Shown: piece by piece, positions 47,885 through 57,117 of the stretch | Layout: each line of letters starts with the position of its first letter | Position numbering within the stretch: position 1 is the first letter of the stretch | Source: Candidatus Fermentibacteraceae bacterium | GTDB taxonomy: Bacteria > Fermentibacterota > Fermentibacteria > Fermentibacterales > JCC-6 | Assembly (NCBI GenBank): GCA_041750285.1 | Contig: JBGSZS010000018.1 | Span: forward strand, 96,001-160,000 | DNA length: 64,000 bases | Reading direction: 5' to 3' | Program-made: the position numbers and the translations under genes | Notes under the pieces: model-generated | What the model saw: the letters and a program-made list of their open reading frames with translations, nothing else | The model's database searches: none | What the model was told of the DNA's origin: nothing

Positions 47885-50800
47885 ATGAGCGTTGACGAAC
47901 TGGAGAGCCTGGCGGAACGAAGGGGCGCGGAACCCGTCCCCCTCGATTCCCTGATGTCCCGCAGGGTGCGGAACATACTTCTCATATCCAGCCTTTACGA
48001 TTCCTTCACCATGCAGTCCGACGGCCGGTTCACCGAGGTGCTCTTCACCGAGTACCTGAAGCTCAACCTCAGCTACGCCCCTTCCGTCGTGAGGGTTTCG
48101 ACGCTCGAGGCCGCGACCGAAAGCCTTTCTTCGGAACGGTTCGACCTGGTGATCTCCATGCTGCGCGTTGGCTCCATGACGGCCGACAGAATGGCAAGAA
48201 CGTTGAAGGCCCGCCACCCGGGTATCCCCTTCGTCGTGCTCGCCCACAACCCCCGCGACTACGAAGAGTTCCGTGACGCGGGGCTTCTCGAGGAGGTTGA
48301 CTACAGCTTCATCTGGCAGGGCGACGCCCGGCTGTTCCTCGCCGTGGTGAAGCTGATCGAGGACAGGCAGAACGCCCGCCGCGACGCCGAACTCGCGGGG
48401 GTCAAGAGCATCCTTCTCGTCGAGGATTCGCCCCGCTTCACATCATCCTACCTTCCCATGCTCTACAGCGAGATAATGAAACAGACCCAGTCCCTGATGA
48501 CCGAGGGCGTGAACAGGATGCAGAAGCTCCTTCGCATGCGGGCACGTCCCAAGATCCTTCTGGCGGACAGCTTCGAAAAGGCGCTGGAGACCATCGACGA
48601 CTTCCGCAACAACCTGCTCGGAGCCATTCTGGACTGCCGGTTCCCCCGGAACGGGCAGGAAGATGCGCTGGCCGGTTTCAAACTGGCCGAACTCATGCGT
48701 GAAAAGCTGCCGGAATGCCCGCTGCTCTTCCAGTCATCAGAAACCGTGAACAGGGCAAGGGCTCACGCCCTTGGCGCGGCGTTCATAGACAAGAACTCCC
48801 CAACCCTTCTCACCGAGGTTGTCGACTTCCTTCAGGACTACCTCGGGTTCGGCGATTTCAGGTTCACGGGAAGTGACGGACGCACTGAAGCCGTCGCCGC
48901 CGACCTCAGGGGGCTGGAACGGGCCGTGCGGCAGGTGTCCGACGAGTCGCTTCTCCGCCACGCGGAGCGCGACGACTTCTCGACCTGGCTCATGGCCAGG
49001 ACCGAGTTCGACCTTGCCCGGAGGCTCAGGCCCAGAAAGGTTCAGGAGTTCCCGACACCCGCGGAGCTGAGGCATTACCTTGCCGAGACCCTCAGGGACT
49101 GGAGGCTGGGATTCCGTACCGGGGAGGTCGAGGAGTGGCACGGCGAGACCTTCAACGAGGACACCGACTTCGTAAGGATAGGCGGGGGTTCGCTGGGGGG
49201 CAAGGGAAGGGGGCTCGCCTTCATCCACTACCTTCTGGGAAGGTACCGCATCGGCGACCGTTTCCCGGGGCTTTCAATCTTCGTCCCGCCAACCATAGTG
49301 ATAGGAACGGACTGCTTCGACCGTTTCATGGAGGGGATCTCCACTGGGCCCGTCGACCTTTACTCGCTGAAACCCGACCAGGACTCCCGTGAGCGTGACT
49401 CCGCGATCCGCGGCATCTTCCACGAAGCGGAGCTGCCCGTCCAGGTCGTGGAATCGCTGGGGCTCTTCCTGAAACAGGTCCGCTACCCGCTGGCGGTCCG
49501 GTCGTCCAGCCTTCTTGAGGATTCCGCAGCCGAGCCGTTCGCGGGCGTGTACGACACGTTCATGCTGCCCAACTCCCACCCAGACCCGTCGGTCCGGCTT
49601 CGGGAGCTGTGCGGGGCCGTCCGGATGGTCTACGCGTCGATGTTCAGATCCGACTCGCTGGGATACATGGAGTTCACGCCGCACAGGCTCGAGGAGGAGA
49701 AGATGGCGGTGGTGATCCAGCAGGTTGTTGGCGGTGAGCACGACGGATACCTCTACCCCGATGTGTCCGGGGTGGCGAAGTCCTGGAATTTCTACCCTGT
49801 GAAGGGCATGGAGGCAGCCGACGGCGTGGTGAGCGCTGCCCTGGGCTTCGGAAGGACGGTCGTCGACGGCGAGAAATGCGTGAGGTTCAATCCCCGCAAA
49901 CCCGGGGTCCTCTACCAGTTCTCCTCCACCCGCGCCTTTCTCGAGAACTCCCAGCGCGATTTCTTCGCCCTCTCCCTCGAGGGCCCCTCCCCAAGCGCCG
50001 AGTACGGGCTTGAAAAGCTTCCGGTCGAGGCCGCCGGTGAGCACGGCGTCCTCTCGGACCTGGCATCGGTGTACTCCCCGCAGAACGACATGATTTACGA
50101 CGGCATTTTCAGGGAGGGCCCAAGGATCATCACGCTGGCGGGGCTGCTGAAGTCCGAGACGTTCCCTTTCGCCGAAGCCCTGGGCTTCCTGCTGTCCGTC
50201 GGCGGAACGGCATTCTCCACCGACATCGAGTTCGAATTCGCCCTTTCCCTGAAACGCACTGGCGGAAAACTCACGGGAGAACTGGGTTTTCTGCAGATAA
50301 GGCCCATGGGGTACGATCCAGGCGATGCGGCGCCGGTTGCGCTAGAGGAACAGAGGGCCTTCTGCGTCTGCGAGAGCGTACTTGGGATCGGCGTGATACG
50401 GGGCATCCGCGACGTCATCCTGGTTCCGTCGGAAGGTTTTGACAGGGGCAACACCCGAAAGGCGGCCCTTCACATCGAGCGCATCAACAGGCGCCTCTCT
50501 GCCGAGGGGCGCAAGTGCATCCTGATAGGCCCGGGCCGCTGGGGCAGCGCAGACCACTGGCTGGGGATCCCCGTGGGCTGGAGGCAGATCTCCACGGCCC
50601 GCTGCATGGTGGAGGTGCCCTTCGGCGACATGGACGTAACCCCTTCGCAGGGAACCCACTTCTTTCACAATATCACGTCGCTCGGAATCGGATACTTCAC
50701 CATCACCCACTCCCCTCCATCGAGGCTCGACGAGGGCTGGCTTCTGGGCCTCCCCGCCGAGGAGGACACGGGCCTCGTGAGGCACATAAGGTTCGGCGGG

Positions 50801-50890
50801 CCCCTTACGGTCAGAATGGACGCAAGGGCCGCAAGGGGAGTGATACTGAGACCGGACGGGATGGAGGGTCCGGGAGACGCCGCCGGCTGA
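47885..50890 (+). CDS. Receiver-domain / PEP-synthase-type nucleotide-binding domain fusion protein (start uncertain, 47837-47885)
   Basis: REC-like segments (ILLVED..., AILD.RFP, FIDK); GGKGRGL, PLAVRSSSLLED...FAGVY, MAVVIQ, SGVA; C-terminal GPGRWGS and SQGTHFF. Confidence 0.8.
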   Translation: MSVDELESLAERRGAEPVPLDSLMSRRVRNILLISSLYDSFTMQSDGRFTEVLFTEYLKLNLSYAPSVVRVSTLEAATESLSSERFDLVISMLRVGSMTADRMARTLKARHPGIPFVVLAHNPRDYEEFRDAGLLEEVDYSFIWQGDARLFLAVVKLIEDRQNARRDAELAGVKSILLVEDSPRFTSSYLPMLYSEIMKQTQSLMTEGVNRMQKLLRMRARPKILLADSFEKALETIDDFRNNLLGAILDCRFPRNGQEDALAGFKLAELMREKLPECPLLFQSSETVNRARAHALGAAFIDKNSPTLLTEVVDFLQDYLGFGDFRFTGSDGRTEAVAADLRGLERAVRQVSDESLLRHAERDDFSTWLMARTEFDLARRLRPRKVQEFPTPAELRHYLAETLRDWRLGFRTGEVEEWHGETFNEDTDFVRIGGGSLGGKGRGLAFIHYLLGRYRIGDRFPGLSIFVPPTIVIGTDCFDRFMEGISTGPVDLYSLKPDQDSRERDSAIRGIFHEAELPVQVVESLGLFLKQVRYPLAVRSSSLLEDSAAEPFAGVYDTFMLPNSHPDPSVRLRELCGAVRMVYASMFRSDSLGYMEFTPHRLEEEKMAVVIQQVVGGEHDGYLYPDVSGVAKSWNFYPVKGMEAADGVVSAALGFGRTVVDGEKCVRFNPRKPGVLYQFSSTRAFLENSQRDFFALSLEGPSPSAEYGLEKLPVEAAGEHGVLSDLASVYSPQNDMIYDGIFREGPRIITLAGLLKSETFPFAEALGFLLSVGGTAFSTDIEFEFALSLKRTGGKLTGELGFLQIRPMGYDPGDAAPVALEEQRAFCVCESVLGIGVIRGIRDVILVPSEGFDRGNTRKAALHIERINRRLSAEGRKCILIGPGRWGSADHWLGIPVGWRQISTARCMVEVPFGDMDVTPSQGTHFFHNITSLGIGYFTITHSPPSRLDEGWLLGLPAEEDTGLVRHIRFGGPLTVRMDARAARGVILRPDGMEGPGDAAG

Positions 50891-50912
50891 CGGCGCCTCC
50901 ACGGAAAAATGC

Positions 50913-51557
50913 CTAGAGGTGGATCCCCATCGTGGGAAGCCAGTCGAAGAGAAGGAACTGGGCCTGCCCGATGAGCAGGCTTATACGGGCCATGACGGTG
51001 TAGCCGAAACTCGCGCCGAAGGCCACCATCAGTATGGTTATGCCAGCACCCGCGGCCTTCCCGGTGATCCCCTCGTGCGGCTTGGAGAAGAAGAAGTAGA
51101 CAAGGCCGCAGACAACTCCCACGACCACGATGAGATTGTCTATGAAGCCCATCGTGCCCACGCCCGAAAGGGGCATGATCGTGCCCTCGATCTGGCTCAG
51201 GCAGTTCGTCTGAAGCGTGCTGACAAGACTGAGGCCGGCCCCGGTACCAACTATCATCGCAAGGGCCATCCGGGAGAGACCCGCTATTTTGGGTACAAGG
51301 CGCGCCAGCATGAACAATCCGAACACGCCGGGGATGATCATGAAGTAGTCGGGCGAACCGTCGCCCGCGCCGGTGAGCTCATCCCAGAAATTGGGCTTCA
51401 GGACGTTGAAGATGTTGTAGATGACCCAGTAGCCTGCACTCATGCCCACGAACAGATGCTCGGCGAACTTGTAGAAGGGGTTGTCACGGTATAGGAAGCT
51501 GTAGAGCATCAGGGTGAGCACGGCGCCCAGCCAGATCCCGATGATCTCCCAGTTCAT
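50913..51557 (-). CDS. Uncharacterised multi-pass membrane protein
   Basis: About 6 hydrophobic helices; YSFLYRDNPFYKFAEHLFVG; MVAFGASFG..VMAR; ATGA-coupled to the upstream gene. Confidence 0.75.
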   Translation of the reverse strand: MNWEIIGIWLGAVLTLMLYSFLYRDNPFYKFAEHLFVGMSAGYWVIYNIFNVLKPNFWDELTGAGDGSPDYFMIIPGVFGLFMLARLVPKIAGLSRMALAMIVGTGAGLSLVSTLQTNCLSQIEGTIMPLSGVGTMGFIDNLIVVVGVVCGLVYFFFSKPHEGITGKAAGAGITILMVAFGASFGYTVMARISLLIGQAQFLLFDWLPTMGIHL

Positions 51558-52414
51558 TTCGGGGCCCCCTTCCTGCGCTTGTGGATCACAAGGTAAGAGA
51601 TGTTCCCTATGATTATGAAGGCCATTATCACGAGGTGGGCGATGGACTGGGCCGCCATCCCCGGGGTCGCCAGACCGGCCGGGGCATTCTCACGGCCCTC
51701 GCGTACCATGGTCTCGTAGTCGGCGGCGCCCTTCAGCCCGCCCAGCAGGCCCAGCATCTGACCTGTTCCAAGGTAGGTGTAGAACTCGGGGGCGCTTACC
51801 GCGGTGCACCCTCCGCCAACTGGCAGGCCGAACCTGTCGCCCGCCATCATCACCCAGGCGTGGATGCCGGGGTCGCCTGCGGAGAGGCTTATCACGAGGT
51901 CGATGTCACGAAGGCTCTGAACCCTTGTGAGAAGCGGGATCGAATCGTAGGGGAACCCGTCGCGGTCCTGCGGAAAGACGGCCCTGATCGAGCTGCCCAT
52001 CCGAACGATGGAAACACCTGCGCCCACGGTGTAGCCCAGGTTCACCCAGTCGTCGTACTGGGCCTTCCCGAGGCTGTCGCCCACCGCGGTCATGGCTTCC
52101 TGGCTGAGGCTTGCGCCCTGGGGCCACAGCGCCATGGCGATTATCCGGTGGCCCCTTGTGAACATGTGCTGTGTCAGGGCCACTGCCATGGGCTGAAGCT
52201 CGGGCATGGTCGAGGGGTCGTAGTCGTAGCTCACCAGAACGACCGAGCCTGAAGGCATTGCCTCGATGGCGTCGAAAAGGTCGCGGCTGGGGCCCTCTCC
52301 GACGGGAATGGGGTAGCTGAGCCTGAGCGAAAGGGGTACGAACACCGACAGGGCCATGAGCAGGTAGATCACCCTGCGGTCCACCCTGTCCAGCTTTTCA
52401 AGGATCTTCCTCAT
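51554..52414 (-). CDS. Uncharacterised membrane-anchored protein (start revised to ATG 52414)
   Basis: TM, alpha/beta domain, TM; DYDPST.PEL.P, WVNLGY, GQMLGLLGGLKGAADYE, AQSIAH. Confidence 0.75.
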   Translation of the reverse strand: MRKILEKLDRVDRRVIYLLMALSVFVPLSLRLSYPIPVGEGPSRDLFDAIEAMPSGSVVLVSYDYDPSTMPELQPMAVALTQHMFTRGHRIIAMALWPQGASLSQEAMTAVGDSLGKAQYDDWVNLGYTVGAGVSIVRMGSSIRAVFPQDRDGFPYDSIPLLTRVQSLRDIDLVISLSAGDPGIHAWVMMAGDRFGLPVGGGCTAVSAPEFYTYLGTGQMLGLLGGLKGAADYETMVREGRENAPAGLATPGMAAQSIAHLVIMAFIIIGNISYLVIHKRRKGAPK

Positions 52415-53037
52415 CAGTCGGCACCTCCCAGGTAGCTGCGCTCGATGCCGAAGATCATCCTGAGGGAGGTGGCGACCACTCCCAGGGCGGCCCCGATCAT
52501 GACGGCGCGCTGACCCGCCATGTTGGGAACCTGCATCATCCATTCGCTGATCACGGGGATCTGTTTCCAGATCATCCCGCCGATGGGAACCCTTCCAAGC
52601 ATGACGATGAAGGCGCTGGCCAGAAGCAGCGTGGCCCTCCAGTTGCTTGCCCTGAACGCCCGAAACGCGGCGCTTGCCACGAAGAAGGCCAGAAGGCTGA
52701 ACATTGTGGCGCCCATGGGGACGACCATTGTCTGGAACATGTAGTCGAAGGGAAGGCTCTCCTCCACGCCCCAAACAAGACCGGCGGCCATCATGGCAAG
52801 GAAGCCGATGAGCACCACAGGGCTGTACTGCCAGTTCCGGGCCTTCGTGTTGATGCGGTGAACATGCACCTGGACAAGGTTTGCGGCGCCCAGGAAGATG
52901 GCGGCGGAGGCCACTATCATGTACCAGTCCGTCAGGCCGTCGCCTATGGTCGAGATTGGTCTGTGAGGGATGAAGAAGTGAAGTATCATCACGATCCCGC
53001 AGACGAAGGTAACCACAAGGGGAAGAAACAACCTCAT
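52414..53037 (-). CDS. Uncharacterised multi-pass membrane protein
   Basis: About 6 TM helices; P.GATMFSLLAFFVASAAFRAFR, W.M.VPN.AGQRA, GIERSYLG. Confidence 0.75.
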   Translation of the reverse strand: MRLFLPLVVTFVCGIVMILHFFIPHRPISTIGDGLTDWYMIVASAAIFLGAANLVQVHVHRINTKARNWQYSPVVLIGFLAMMAAGLVWGVEESLPFDYMFQTMVVPMGATMFSLLAFFVASAAFRAFRASNWRATLLLASAFIVMLGRVPIGGMIWKQIPVISEWMMQVPNMAGQRAVMIGAALGVVATSLRMIFGIERSYLGGAD

Positions 53038-53047
53038 TTCACCCCTC

Positions 53048-54193
53048 CTACTCTACATGGGTGAGGAAGCGCAGGAACTCGGCGACCCTGCCCGCCGGCT
53101 CCCACCAGTAACCTGCGGTTGCTCCGATGACACCAATGACGATCATTATCATTATCACCAGTTTGGCCGCGTCCTGTCCTTTCAGGCTGCCGAGCAGCTT
53201 CGGTTCGCGGGACAGGTAGGCGCTGGCCGCGTAAAGCTCTTCGCCGATCAGGGTGTAGTCGCATGCGGCGATGAAGAAGGGGATCTGGCTGACCATTGCC
53301 GTCCCGGCGATCTGGATGGCGCCCACGCTCTTTCCCGTCTCGGCAAGGATGAGGCTCTCGGCGTAGAACGTTCCCAGAAGGAAGATGGCGGCGGGCCTCT
53401 GACGAACCATCATGCCGTCCACTCCCGCAGCGTAGCCGAACTGGTCGTCGGTGAGGTAGGTGATGTCTTCCCGCCGGAATGCGTCGGGGCGTCCCGTCTG
53501 AAGGTAGGCCTCTTTCACGACCTCCTGGGAAACGCTCATGACAACGCTTCTGCAGGTTGGAACAAGAAGCGAGGAACCGTACTCGGCCGCCTTGCGGGCA
53601 ACCCTCCCCAGGATGACCATGCTGGCTATGGTCTGGATGTCGTCCATGTCCATGATCCCAGGCACGTACATCACCGGTCTGCCCATCTCCGTGGCGCGGC
53701 CCACCGCGTCCTCCACGGCGTTCAGGCCGGCGATGCGCCGGACGAACAGGTCCTTCCCCCGCTTGCCTGCCTCGATGTAGAGCAGGATGATGACGCAGAG
53801 CACCACCGTTATCACTAGCATGCCGATCCGCCCGGAGTGAAGCCATCTGACTTCAGGCGACGCGCTGACCACGGGCCCCGGCTCACCCGGTTCGCCCTGA
53901 AGCCAGGGGACCAGCCTGTACGAGTACACGGTCCCGTTCTCAAGTTCGCTGTCGGTGTATCTGCCGTCTATCGGGGCCACCGAACCCACGTGCTCCCATT
54001 CCCCCCCGGGAGCCATCCGCTCCACGACGATGGAGTCGGGCACTGCAGGATCGGGGCTCACCGTCCACACAAGGCCTATCCTGCCACCGTCGTCGTCGGG
54101 CACGTCGGAAGCCTCGGTGGTCAGCACGAACCCGCCTCCCGATGCCGTGGCGGCCATCAGCACCAGGAGAAGCGCCGGAAGAAATGCTTTCAT
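53048..54193 (-). CDS. FN3-like domain + DUF6754-like membrane protein
   Basis: Signal peptide; FN3-like YTD..L.NG..Y.Y; RRIAGL.A...AVGRATEMGRP, AESLILAE.G...GAIQIAGT, QIPFF...CDY.LIGEELYAASAYL. Confidence 0.75.
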   Translation of the reverse strand: MKAFLPALLLVLMAATASGGGFVLTTEASDVPDDDGGRIGLVWTVSPDPAVPDSIVVERMAPGGEWEHVGSVAPIDGRYTDSELENGTVYSYRLVPWLQGEPGEPGPVVSASPEVRWLHSGRIGMLVITVVLCVIILLYIEAGKRGKDLFVRRIAGLNAVEDAVGRATEMGRPVMYVPGIMDMDDIQTIASMVILGRVARKAAEYGSSLLVPTCRSVVMSVSQEVVKEAYLQTGRPDAFRREDITYLTDDQFGYAAGVDGMMVRQRPAAIFLLGTFYAESLILAETGKSVGAIQIAGTAMVSQIPFFIAACDYTLIGEELYAASAYLSREPKLLGSLKGQDAAKLVIMIMIVIGVIGATAGYWWEPAGRVAEFLRFLTHVE

Positions 54194-54269
54194 CTTATCC
54201 TGTGACCCCTTTCATGCCTGAGTGCAATGTGCGAAGATAGTGCCGCGTCCAAAAAAAGAAATCATCCGG

Positions 54270-54692
54270 TCAGAACTCGAAAACCTCGGATAATGCACTT
54301 GACAGGTTCTCGGGCGACCACATCCTCACCTCTCCCCCGGAGAGCCGGAAGAGGGCAAGCGCCCCCCACCCGAACCTTTCCACTACAGGTTTCAGGAAGG
54401 TGAACCTGGTGTTCACGATGTGCGAAAGAAGGTCAAGGTCGGCGAGCCTTTCCATCCGGCCCCTTATCCTGATCTGAACGCCTTTTTCACCGTTCCAGTA
54501 GCAAAGCTCAACCGTGGGGTCGGCCATGAGCTGGAGGCACACATCCTTGGTGGCGCCGGTGCAGAAAGTCAGCCCGTTCTCATCCACGACAGGAGTGTCC
54601 ATTGCACGCACCCTCGGCTCACCATTCTCGACGGTCGCCATGAATGATGTGGTGCAATCCCTGACGAAATCCAGAACCTCGTCCCGTTTCAT
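54270..54692 (-). CDS. Pyridoxamine 5'-phosphate oxidase-like FMN-binding protein
   Basis: MATVENGEPRVR, FCT...K.V..QL..DP.VELC, QIRIRG. Confidence 0.8.
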   Translation of the reverse strand: MKRDEVLDFVRDCTTSFMATVENGEPRVRAMDTPVVDENGLTFCTGATKDVCLQLMADPTVELCYWNGEKGVQIRIRGRMERLADLDLLSHIVNTRFTFLKPVVERFGWGALALFRLSGGEVRMWSPENLSSALSEVFEF

Positions 54693-54763
54693 ATCTTTCC
54701 CTCCGTTGGACGAACGGAAGATAAGTAACCCCGGCCATCCGGTACAGCGGAAGGAAGAACGTC

Positions 54764-55141
54764 ATGAAAAGGGTTGTCAGGGTTCTTGCGGTGACGATGG
54801 TCATCGCGGCATGCTCGGGCGCAGCCTGGGTCCTGAGGGGGGTTTACGACCGCATGTTCATGCTGGAAGGGGTGTTCCTTGTTACAAACGCCGCAGGCAG
54901 TGACATTCAGGTCGGGTTGGCCTTCCCTTCAGGCGAGAGAAGGGAGTTTCAGCTCGGCAGGGGCGCTTCGTGCACCTTCGTCCTGAAGGACACCGGCGAG
55001 GGCGGGATCGATGTCAGGGTCGGCGACGGCCCGGTGACCACCACGGGCTACGTGACATCCATCAACGACATGTGCGTGATCGCCGTGGGCGATTCCACGG
55101 TATCCTTCTCGCAGATCATACCCGGGATGATCGAAAGGTAG
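54764..55141 (+). CDS. Hypothetical membrane-anchored protein
   Basis: RBS-like AAGGAAG; N-terminal hydrophobic helix; beta-rich remainder. Confidence 0.55.
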   Translation: MKRVVRVLAVTMVIAACSGAAWVLRGVYDRMFMLEGVFLVTNAAGSDIQVGLAFPSGERREFQLGRGASCTFVLKDTGEGGIDVRVGDGPVTTTGYVTSINDMCVIAVGDSTVSFSQIIPGMIER

Positions 55142-55205
55142 AGGGCCAAAGGATCTACAGGCAGGTGGTCATGCTCTTTGATCTTGTAGATGCGCGCACC
55201 GGGTG

Positions 55206-56228
55206 TTACCCGGTGGATAGAATGCGCACAAGCTCCTCAGTAGCCTTGAGATGGTTTTCCAGGGAAAACCCGGGAAAGCTGAAGAGTGCTGAAGGCAGAG
55301 TACTGCCTGGTATGGCTGTCCGAATCAGTGGAAGTACCTTTTCTACAGCCAGGGCAAGGTGAGCCCCGGCATTTTCAGGTGTCTCTTCCGGGAGCACGGG
55401 CGTATTCCAGGCCAGCCAAAGGATCTCAAGCGCCCGGAATGCCCGTGGCCAGTCAATCCACCCGGGAACGCGCCCAACCCCAAGGAACGATGCCCAGATT
55501 CCACGGTCAATGCTGTACAATGTGGCCCGACCCCTTGAACGCCGGTTCAGAATGCCGGAAAGGTGCATTTCAGTCATCGTGTTGTAGATAGTCTTTGAGT
55601 AGTAGCCAGTGGCATCTGCCATTTCTGTGGGGTTTGCCTCGGGATGGGTAAGAAGGTATGCGACAACCTCGCACCGGGAGTTGTTCCCGAAGAGTGCCCT
55701 CAGTTTCAGAATGAGATTGGCGGGTTCGTGTGGGTCAAAGAAGCCGGACTTTCTGCTCATCCTCACCGGAGCTCTCAGATAGCCGGCCCTCTCGAAAGAC
55801 GCATCCGTAATACCCGTGTGAGGATGCGGTCGACCGTCTTTCAGCCGGAAAAGGGGCTCGGATACGGAGCGATCATCCACATTTGCTTTGCCCATCCTTT
55901 CCCACCTTGCCTTGTTCACGGGATTCGATATGAGATTGGCTATGGGAGCAAGCAGTTCTTTCCCGAAAAAACCGTGCCGAGCGCTGATGGTCTTCAGTCT
56001 TTGAACATTGAGAAGGCGCTGGTGCACCTGAAGCCACTCCAGCATTGAATCGAACACCCTTGCTTCGTACCTGCCCAGACTGCACGTGAAAATGACAAGG
56101 GCTTCCGGGTCGAGCATCCAATTCCCGGCTTCACTTCCGTGCCCGGGAACACCCAGAGTTACCCACTGCGACCAGACAAGGTCAAGCAGACTTTCCAGAA
56201 CCGTGTTTCTACAGCTTGTCAACGACAT
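55206..56228 (-). CDS. Winged-helix-containing protein, putative antitoxin/regulator
   Basis: W.QW..LGV, DPEAL; LRALFG..SRCEVVAYLL...ANPTEMADATGY..KTIY..M.E....GIL (HTH); overlaps the upstream gene by 20 nt. Confidence 0.7.
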   Translation of the reverse strand: MSLTSCRNTVLESLLDLVWSQWVTLGVPGHGSEAGNWMLDPEALVIFTCSLGRYEARVFDSMLEWLQVHQRLLNVQRLKTISARHGFFGKELLAPIANLISNPVNKARWERMGKANVDDRSVSEPLFRLKDGRPHPHTGITDASFERAGYLRAPVRMSRKSGFFDPHEPANLILKLRALFGNNSRCEVVAYLLTHPEANPTEMADATGYYSKTIYNTMTEMHLSGILNRRSRGRATLYSIDRGIWASFLGVGRVPGWIDWPRAFRALEILWLAWNTPVLPEETPENAGAHLALAVEKVLPLIRTAIPGSTLPSALFSFPGFSLENHLKATEELVRILSTG

Positions 56229-56790
56229 CGCCGTATCCCAGCTGCGTCAGCATGGAAAGAAGTACGACTCGAAACCCCCCGGATGGATCACACCCAAGGC
56301 ACCAGCGTGCCGCCCCGAGGACTTCATCGGGTGAAGGTTCGAGTGCAATCAGGTCATCAACATGGACTCCGAGGCTGTCTGCAGCGGCATATACCTTCAG
56401 AAACACCTGATCGATCCTGTCAATGAAATGCACGGTCAGATGAGATCCGTATCTTCTGGGATGGGCTCTTTCGAGAATCCCTTCGGGCAATCCGTCGAGA
56501 AGAAGACCTGCCGGTCCATTGTTCAGCCAGTCGGGCGTCATGCCCAAAACCCTGGCAACATCGAATGCCGCTTCCGTCAGAAGAGCCGGGAAGGGAACAG
56601 GGCTGACCAGGGCAGCTTCCGAATCGACCAGAGCCAGAACATCGACGTCCCTGGTTGTTCTTGTCACAAGTTCCATGGCGATGAGAGCGGATCCCCCGCA
56701 TACCACGAGTTCAATCCGTGATCCGCCAAGAATGCGAATCCTTCCGTCAAGCAGTCTGAAGGCCTTTTCCAAGTTTGTTGAATCCAGCAA
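56209..56790 (-). CDS. Nucleotidyltransferase-fold protein (DUF6036 / AbiEii-like), probable TTG start 56790
   Basis: LVVCGGSAL, R.TRDVD (G[GS] and DxD), DWLN.GP, LK..A; GGAG RBS at 56796-56799. Confidence 0.75.
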   Translation of the reverse strand: MLDSTNLEKAFRLLDGRIRILGGSRIELVVCGGSALIAMELVTRTTRDVDVLALVDSEAALVSPVPFPALLTEAAFDVARVLGMTPDWLNNGPAGLLLDGLPEGILERAHPRRYGSHLTVHFIDRIDQVFLKVYAAADSLGVHVDDLIALEPSPDEVLGAARWCLGCDPSGGFRVVLLSMLTQLGYGDVVDKL

Positions 56791-56803
56791 GTCATCTCCA
56801 ATA

Positions 56804-56847
56804 GTATTTGTTGTACGTATCATAGGTACAACAAATACCAATGTCCA
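56804..56847 (-). promoter_or_regulatory. sigma70 promoter overlapped by a 13-bp perfect inverted repeat (operator)
   Basis: Minus strand TGGACA-17 nt-TATGAT; arms GTATTTGTTGTAC (56804-56816) and GTACAACAAATAC (56826-56838). Confidence 0.75.
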
Positions 56848-56952
56848 CTCAGGACAGCATTCCCCTTTCGTAAGCATGAGAAAGCTGCGCCCCGGCAAAA
56901 GCAAGGAAGGCCGCCCTTTCAGGCAGCCCCCCGCACGTCTTTCAGGAAGCTA

Positions 56953-57117
56953 TCAGCCGTTGCAGCAGCAGCAGCCGCCCGCCTTTTTGGAAACGACATC
57001 CATCGGCTTGCCGCAGCAGATCACTTCACAGTCCTGGCATCCGCAGCCCTTCGTCACCTCGAGCTCGACGCCGCACTCACTGCAGACAAGCTTGTCCCCA
57101 GCCTTGACTGGTTGCAT
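56953..57117 (-). CDS. Small Cys-rich protein, desulforedoxin-like / metallothionein-like (not in ORF track)
   Basis: MQPVKAGDKLVCSECGVELEVTKGCGCQDCEVICCGKPMDVVSKKAGGCCCCNG; GAAGGGG RBS; TGGTATAAT at 57190-57198; weak downstream hairpin near 56909-56928. Confidence 0.8.
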   Translation of the reverse strand: MQPVKAGDKLVCSECGVELEVTKGCGCQDCEVICCGKPMDVVSKKAGGCCCCNG

